Shown here piece by piece: positions 58,355 through 64,000 of a stretch of DNA of 64,000 nucleotides. A model generated the notes under the pieces. That model made no database searches and was not told where the DNA came from. It was given only the letters and a program-made list of their open reading frames with translations. The position numbers and the translations under genes were made by a program. Source of the DNA: Candidatus Sericytochromatia bacterium (lineage in GTDB: Bacteria; Cyanobacteriota; Sericytochromatia; S15B-MN24; UBA4093); assembly GCA_036676985.1 (NCBI GenBank), contig JAKFBU010000026.1:64001-128000 (forward strand), in the 5' to 3' direction. Each line of letters begins with the position of its first letter. Within the stretch, counting starts at the first letter, position 1.

Positions 58355-61300
58355 ATGGGCAACGTCAACCAGACATCGACCCGCGCCGCCGCACGGCCTC
58401 AGACGCCACCTCCCTCCGCGCAGTCAACGGCCCCCCTCGAGGCCGAGGCCCAAGCCCCCGCGAGTGCCCAGGGCACCGCGAGCACCGAGGCCGCCGGCAA
58501 ACCCAGCCGCGGCCTGTTCGGCCACGTGGCGGACGTCTTCATCGGCGGCGGCGAGGCCATCGGCGACATGGTCAAGGGCATCTTCACCGTCATCACCCAC
58601 CCGATCCAGACGCTCAAGGGCATCGGCCACGTCATCACCCACCCGGCGAGCCTGGTGCACGCCTTCATCGATCCCTACAAGCAGGCGATCGCCGAGGGTC
58701 GTCCCGGCAAGGCGCTGGGCCGCGGCATCGTGGAGATCGGCAGCCTGTTCATCGGGCCCGCCGAGATCATGAACGGCTTCAAGGGCGCCAAGGGCATCCT
58801 GACGGGCAGCAAGGGTGCTGCCGAGGTCGGCCAGGTGACGGCCAAGGCCGGCACGCTCGGCGCCAAGGGCGCGGAGCTCTCCTCCAAGCTCAGCAGCCAG
58901 GCGGCAGCGGCCCTCGAGAAGGCGGGTGCGCTCAAGGCCGTCGGGCACGTGGGCGAGGCCGCCAAGCTCGAGCAGTTCGCCCGGATCATGCAGAAGACGG
59001 CGGCCGTCGCCGCCCAGGGCACCGACGACGCGGTGGCTCGCGCCATGAGCCGCGCCACCACGGTCGCCAACCTCCAGAACATCAAGGTGGCCACCACCGC
59101 GGGCAACAAGGTCATGACCATGGCCGGGCTGGTCGAGCACTCCAACTCCCTGTTGACGGCTGCCGCCAAGGCGGCCGGCGAGGTGGCCGAGGGCGTGGCC
59201 AAGACCGCCGGCCGGACTGCCGCCAAGGGCGCCGGCGAGGTGGCCGAGAGCGCCGCCAAGGCCGCCATCGTCGCGACCGAGCCCGTGCTCACCAAGACCG
59301 CCATCCGCGAGCTCGCCACCGTCGGCATCAAGGACTCCAAGCTCATCCGCTCCGCTCTGGACGACGCCGCCAAGGTGTTCGCCACCGAGCGTGCCGCCGG
59401 CGCCACCTCGACGGTGGCCAAGGAGGCCGCCCGGGCGGCCGCTGCCGCGAAGCTCGGTCTGGAGCCCACCGCCACGGCCGTCGAGAAGCTCGTCAACGGC
59501 GTCCGCCTCCAGGGGGCCGTCGCGAACCCCGCCAACTACTTCACCCGCACCCGCTACGTCCGGCCCGGCCTGCACCAGGCGGCCGAGATCGTCGGCAAGC
59601 CGATCGACATGGGCATCGTCGCCGGCCGACAGCTCGCCCAGGAGGCGGGCGAGGCCGCGATCAACGCGGGCCAGAAGGTGGCCGGCGCCGTCCAGAAGAT
59701 CGGCGACCTGCAGATCCGCCAGATCCCGCATGCCCTCGGCACGGTGGCGACCTGGCCGTTCCGCGTCACCTACAACGCCCTGTCGGGCGCCGGTCAGGTC
59801 CTGCGCAACGGGCTCGCCGGCATCGCGGACCTGCCCCTGCGCCGCATCTGGGAGGTTCCCGCCGAGGGCGTGATGCGCGCCATCCAGACGGGCGCCCAGG
59901 TGGTCGGCCGGATTCCGGACCTCACGCTCGGCCAGATCGCCGCGGCTCCCTTCGCCGCCCTCGCCAACCCCTCGGGCCTGCTGCGTCCCGCGGTCGCCCT
60001 CAGCGTGCTCGGTCGCCTGAACGGCACCAAGGACATGCCGGCGGACGACGCGGCGATCGCCAAGAAGTACGGTATCCTCGGCACGCCCGAGAACGTCAAG
60101 GCGTTCAAGGACGAGGTCGCGAGCTACCGGGAAGGCGCCATCGGCCCCGACGCCGGGACGCCCGAGCAGGTCGCCCAGCTCCAGAGCGTGCTGCGCAAGC
60201 TCGGCTACGACGTCGAGCCCACGGGCACCTTCGACGAGGCGACGGCCCTTGCGGTCATCGACTTCAAGCAGAAGAACGGCATCTCGCAGGGCTACCAGCT
60301 CGCGGACGGCAAGCCCGCCATCAACGAGTACGTCGATGAGTCCACGGCCAAGGCGATGGTCGCCGCCCTCAAGGGCGAGGCCGGCGCTGCCGGCGATGCG
60401 GCCAACCTGCCCAAGGTCTCGGCCGAGGACGTCCAGCAGAGCCTCGACACGCTCGGCAAGGCCTTCGACGGCCTGCGCGACGCCAAGACCGATGCCGAGA
60501 AGGCCAAAGCCAAGCAGGCCCTCGAGCCCGCGGCCGTCGCGGCCATCAGCGACCTCATCGCCTACGCTTCCGCCAACCCGGATGCCAAGGAGGCCGTCCA
60601 GACCCAGCTCCAGGAGATCGGCAAGGCCTTCCAGGAAGCCGGTTACAGCGACGAGCAGATCCAGAAGCTGATGGACGACGCCAAGGCCCACCTGACGCAG
60701 CAGATGGAGGCCACGGCGCAGACCAAGCCTCAGGGCGAGGCCAAGCCCGCCGGCGAGGTCCCCGAGATTTCGGGCAAGCAGGTCCAGCTGTCGCTCGACG
60801 CGCTCGGCAAGGCCTTCGATGGCCTGCGGACCGCCAAGACCGACGCCGAGAAGGCGGCGGCCAAGCAGGCTCTCGAGCCCGCGGCCAAGGCGGCCATCCA
60901 CGACCTGACGGCGTACGGCCTCAAGAACGAGGGCGCCCGCACCGACGTCGAGGATCAGCTCAACGAGATCGCCGCCGCCCTCAAGGAGGCCGGCTACAGC
61001 GACGAGGCCATCAAGGCCCTGATCGCCGATGCTCAGAAGCCCCTCCTGGCCGAGGCTCCGGCCGAGACGGTCGAGGGTGGCAAGCCCGCCCAGCCCGCCA
61101 GCCGTCTGGAGTCCTACGAGGCCCACGTGGGGGCGATCGCCGACAGCCTGGAGCAGGTCAAGGCGGCCAAGACCAACGAGGAGCGAGTCAAGGCGCAGCA
61201 GGAGCTCCTGGGCCACTTCAAGGGCGCGGTCGAGGACTTCAACGCGATGATGGCGAACGTGCCGCCCGAGCAGGCGGCCGCGTTCCAGAACCAGCTCACG

Positions 61301-62086
61301 CAGCTGGGGACGGCGCTCACGCAGCTGGGCTTCAGCCGCGAGGAGATTGCGAACATCGTCAAGTCGGCCTCCAAGCCCGTGGGCACGACCTCGACCGGCG
61401 GCACCCAGGCTCCGGCGTCCCAGACTCCCGCGACGCAGGCTCCGGCCGCGACCCAGCCCGCCGCGCCGGGTGCGTCGACCGAGCCCAAGGTCTACACCGT
61501 CAAGAGCGGGGACACCCTGTCGCGGATCGCCCAGCAGGAGCTGGGAGATGCCAACCGCTGGCGCGAGATCTACGAGCTCAACAAGCAGGCCATCGGCATG
61601 AACCCGAACCTGATCCTGCCGGGTCAGAAGCTCCAGATCCCGGGCGCCAAGCCGGCTGCCCAGCCGATCAAGCCCCAGGCTCCCGCCCAGACGCCTGCTC
61701 AGTCGCCCGCCATCAACGACGAGGCCCTCGCGGCCCTCGTCAAGGAGAAGGGCCTCCTGAGCAACCAGGCCAACATCCAGGCCTTCGTCGACGAGGTGAC
61801 GTCCTACCGCGAGCAGGGCGCCATCGGCCCCGACTCCGGCAGCCCGGCGGTCGTCAAGCAGCTGCAGACGCTCCTTCAGCGCCTCGGCTACCAGGTGTCC
61901 AACTCGGGCGCCTTCGATGACGCCACGGCGGATGCGGTCATCGACTTCAAGGTCAAGCACGGCTTGCACCAGACCTACAAGCTCGCCGACGGCACCTTCG
62001 CCGTCAACGAGTACGTGGGCGAGGACACCGCGAGCGCGATGGTCGCCGAGCTCAAGAAGCGAGGCCAGTCCACCGAGGTCAAGTAA
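58355..62086 (+). CDS. Large multidomain protein: pre-toxin-like N-terminal block, 2 PG-binding domains, 3 helical repeats, LysM
   Basis: AGGAGG RBS; [25 protein letters not shown] (PG_binding_1-like, twice); [13 protein letters not shown] LysM; no Sec signal. Confidence 0.85.
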   Translation: MGNVNQTSTRAAARPQTPPPSAQSTAPLEAEAQAPASAQGTASTEAAGKPSRGLFGHVADVFIGGGEAIGDMVKGIFTVITHPIQTLKGIGHVITHPASLVHAFIDPYKQAIAEGRPGKALGRGIVEIGSLFIGPAEIMNGFKGAKGILTGSKGAAEVGQVTAKAGTLGAKGAELSSKLSSQAAAALEKAGALKAVGHVGEAAKLEQFARIMQKTAAVAAQGTDDAVARAMSRATTVANLQNIKVATTAGNKVMTMAGLVEHSNSLLTAAAKAAGEVAEGVAKTAGRTAAKGAGEVAESAAKAAIVATEPVLTKTAIRELATVGIKDSKLIRSALDDAAKVFATERAAGATSTVAKEAARAAAAAKLGLEPTATAVEKLVNGVRLQGAVANPANYFTRTRYVRPGLHQAAEIVGKPIDMGIVAGRQLAQEAGEAAINAGQKVAGAVQKIGDLQIRQIPHALGTVATWPFRVTYNALSGAGQVLRNGLAGIADLPLRRIWEVPAEGVMRAIQTGAQVVGRIPDLTLGQIAAAPFAALANPSGLLRPAVALSVLGRLNGTKDMPADDAAIAKKYGILGTPENVKAFKDEVASYREGAIGPDAGTPEQVAQLQSVLRKLGYDVEPTGTFDEATALAVIDFKQKNGISQGYQLADGKPAINEYVDESTAKAMVAALKGEAGAAGDAANLPKVSAEDVQQSLDTLGKAFDGLRDAKTDAEKAKAKQALEPAAVAAISDLIAYASANPDAKEAVQTQLQEIGKAFQEAGYSDEQIQKLMDDAKAHLTQQMEATAQTKPQGEAKPAGEVPEISGKQVQLSLDALGKAFDGLRTAKTDAEKAAAKQALEPAAKAAIHDLTAYGLKNEGARTDVEDQLNEIAAALKEAGYSDEAIKALIADAQKPLLAEAPAETVEGGKPAQPASRLESYEAHVGAIADSLEQVKAAKTNEERVKAQQELLGHFKGAVEDFNAMMANVPPEQAAAFQNQLTQLGTALTQLGFSREEIANIVKSASKPVGTTSTGGTQAPASQTPATQAPAATQPAAPGASTEPKVYTVKSGDTLSRIAQQELGDANRWREIYELNKQAIGMNPNLILPGQKLQIPGAKPAAQPIKPQAPAQTPAQSPAINDEALAALVKEKGLLSNQANIQAFVDEVTSYREQGAIGPDSGSPAVVKQLQTLLQRLGYQVSNSGAFDDATADAVIDFKVKHGLHQTYKLADGTFAVNEYVGEDTASAMVAELKKRGQSTEVK

Positions 62087-62092
62087 GGCTCA

Positions 62093-62127
62093 CGAGGGGC
62101 GCCCGGCCAGGCGCCCCTCGGTTTTTT
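62093..62127 (+). terminator. Rho-independent terminator
   Basis: CGAGGGGCGCC-CGGCCA-GGCGCCCCTCG-GTTTTTT. Confidence 0.75.
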
Positions 62128-62172
62128 AAAAGCCTGTTAAAAGCCGAAAGCCCACGCCGTTCCTGGCGATAA
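62126..62172 (+). promoter_or_regulatory. TTAA-N7-TTAA box next to sigma28-like promoter GAAA-N15-GGCGATAA
   Basis: TTAA at 62126 and 62137; -35 at 62146-62149, -10 at 62165-62172. Confidence 0.55.
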
Positions 62173-62205
62173 CACCCATGGGCCGGATCGGCCCCGGGAG
62201 GCAAC

Positions 62206-63957
62206 ATGGACATCCGCAACCAGCCCAACCGCGCGGTCACGCGCCCCTTGACCCCGCCGGGCACCAAGCCCTTGGTTGCGCCCGAGCAGACCGAGGCCCC
62301 GAAGAAGCGCAGCTTCCTCGGGCACGTGGCGGACGTCTTCATCGGCGGCGGCGAGGCCATCAAGGACATGGGCGTGGGCCTCTTCACCATGGTGCGCCAC
62401 CCCATCCAGACCGCCAAGGGCATCGGCTTTCTGGTCACCAAGCTCGTCACGGATCCCAAGGAAGGCTTCAGCATGCTGGGCCACGCCTTCGTCGATCCCT
62501 ACATGAAGGCGATCAAGGAAGGGCGTCCCGGCAAGGCCCTCGGCCGGGGCATCGTCGAGATCGGCAGCCTCTTCGTGGGACCCACCGAGGTGGCGAACGC
62601 CGCCAAGGCCACCGCGACGGGCGTCTCGAGCGCCATGGCCGCCCTCAAGGCCGGGCAGGGCGTGCAGGGCGCCGTGAAGTCGGCCACGCTCGCCGTCAAG
62701 CTCTCGGGCGATGCCGCCAAGCTGGCCGAGAAGGCCTCCATGTTGAGCAAGCTCGGCTACGTGGCCGAGGCCCAGAAGCTCGAGCAGATGGCGCGCCTCA
62801 CGGGCAAGTTCTCGGCCTACGCCCGGACGGGCGATGCCGCGCGCGCGGCGAGCCGCATGGCCATGCTGAACGGCCTTCAGCACATCAACGTGGGCGGCAA
62901 GCTCATGTCGGCCCAGGCCCTCTTGCTCCACTCGGACGACCTGCTGTCGGCGGGCACCCGCGCGGCCTCGGCCGCGAGTGCGGCCGGGCGCGTCGAGGCG
63001 GGGCTCATGAAGTCCACGACCGGCGCCGACGAGGCCGTGCGCGGCGCGGCCCTCCTCGATAACGTCGGCTCGGTCGCCGCCCGCGGGGTGGTCGAGACCT
63101 TGCCCGCCTTCGAGCGCATGATGCAGCTCGCGGGCCGGGCGGCGGTCGTGAGCCCCTTCGCGCTGATCTCGCCGGCCGCGGCCCTCACCATGGGCTTCAT
63201 CCAGCAGGCCTTGCCGACCGCCGAGGACGCAGCCCAGCTCGACGAGGCCAAGGCCGCCGCGCTCGCGGCCAAGTACCACCTCGCCGCCAACCCCGAGAAC
63301 GTGCAGGCCTTCCTCGCGGAGGTGGGCCGCTACGACCGGGACGCCATCGGCCCCAACCAGGGCTCCACCGGCCAGATCAAGCAGATCCAGGCGGCCCTGC
63401 GCGTGGCGGGCTACGACGTCGCGCCCACGGGCACCTACGACGAGGCCACCGCCCTTGCGGTCGTGCACTTCAAGCAGCAGAACGGCCTCCACCAGACCTA
63501 CAAGCAGCCGGACGGCAGCTTTGCGATCAACGAGTACGTGGACACTCAGACGGCCAACGCCCTCTACGACCTGGTCCAGTCGGTCGATCGCAAGCCGGCG
63601 TCCGGCATGGCCGAGCCGGAAATCCGGCGCGTCGCCGCCGAGCGTAACCTGTACCCGACCGAGGAGAACCTCAAGGCCTTCGAGAAGGAGGTCGCGACCT
63701 ACGGCCAGGCCGTGGGCCCGGACAGCGCGAGCTCGGACGTCTCGCGCCTCCAGTCGCTCTTGGGCCGCCTCGGCTACAAGGTCGCCCTGAACGGCACGTT
63801 CGACGACGCCACGGCCGAGGCGGTCATGGCGTTCAAGCGGGAGGCGGGCATCCGCCAGGGCTACCGGCTCGCGAACGGGGACTGGGCCATCAACGAGTAC
63901 GTGGACCCGACGACGGAGCTGCGGATGCGGGCGTCGTTGGCCAAGCCCGTCGGCTAG
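62206..63957 (+). CDS. Paralog of the upstream protein: same N-terminal block plus 2 PG-binding domains
   Basis: [16 protein letters not shown] and [19 protein letters not shown] shared with 58355..62086; two PG_binding_1-like modules; no Sec signal. Confidence 0.85.
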   Translation: MDIRNQPNRAVTRPLTPPGTKPLVAPEQTEAPKKRSFLGHVADVFIGGGEAIKDMGVGLFTMVRHPIQTAKGIGFLVTKLVTDPKEGFSMLGHAFVDPYMKAIKEGRPGKALGRGIVEIGSLFVGPTEVANAAKATATGVSSAMAALKAGQGVQGAVKSATLAVKLSGDAAKLAEKASMLSKLGYVAEAQKLEQMARLTGKFSAYARTGDAARAASRMAMLNGLQHINVGGKLMSAQALLLHSDDLLSAGTRAASAASAAGRVEAGLMKSTTGADEAVRGAALLDNVGSVAARGVVETLPAFERMMQLAGRAAVVSPFALISPAAALTMGFIQQALPTAEDAAQLDEAKAAALAAKYHLAANPENVQAFLAEVGRYDRDAIGPNQGSTGQIKQIQAALRVAGYDVAPTGTYDEATALAVVHFKQQNGLHQTYKQPDGSFAINEYVDTQTANALYDLVQSVDRKPASGMAEPEIRRVAAERNLYPTEENLKAFEKEVATYGQAVGPDSASSDVSRLQSLLGRLGYKVALNGTFDDATAEAVMAFKREAGIRQGYRLANGDWAINEYVDPTTELRMRASLAKPVG

Positions 63958-64000
63958 CCACCGCTAAACCCAAAGAATGCTTGTGTTACCGTCACCCCGG

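Noticed and set aside
58424-61969. 1181-aa minus-strand ORF and 677-aa alternative-frame ORF
   Set aside because: Shadow frames of the real plus-strand gene; the many other overlapping Arg/Pro/Gly-rich ORFs in the track were dropped for the same reason

Overview
GC-rich (about 68-70% by eye) chromosomal window of a flagellated diderm bacterium. Several genes look cyanobacterial (DUF3326 plus a 51-aa partner, Fur, RuvB), so it is most likely a non-photosynthetic Cyanobacteriota relative such as Ca. Sericytochromatia (inference). Housekeeping content: end of a che operon (cheA-cheR-cheB), MCP plus porin, flhA-PilZ-orf-fliA-orf-DUF3326, an HD-GYP/PilZ protein, ilvE, ruvC-ruvA and a separated ruvB, rne, rluD, an Omp85-type protein, GerMN-amidase, HU, an EF-G paralog, rplU-rpmA, spoVS, ribD/ribE/ribBA/ribH, infC-rpmI-rplT, two amylo-alpha-1,6-glucosidase-family genes, glycosyltransferases, and an M20-kinase-Fur operon. 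No tRNA, rRNA, CRISPR array or transposase was recognised. Most interesting signals: (1) two tandem paralogous peptidoglycan-binding proteins without signal peptides, sharing a pre-toxin-like N-terminal block and each preceded by a sigma28-like promoter, plus a related LysM-M23 protein; together they are candidate effectors exported by the flagellar T3SS; (2) recurrent intergenic TTAA-N7-TTAA boxes marking an OmpR-type regulon that includes these genes; (3) a decayed yebC 5' fragment that seems to act as the leader of the GerMN-amidase operon; (4) MITE/REPIN-like elements sitting at stop codons; (5) an M20 protein apparently lacking its catalytic base, coupled to a soluble orphan kinase. Promoter, terminator and RNA-leader calls were made by eye.
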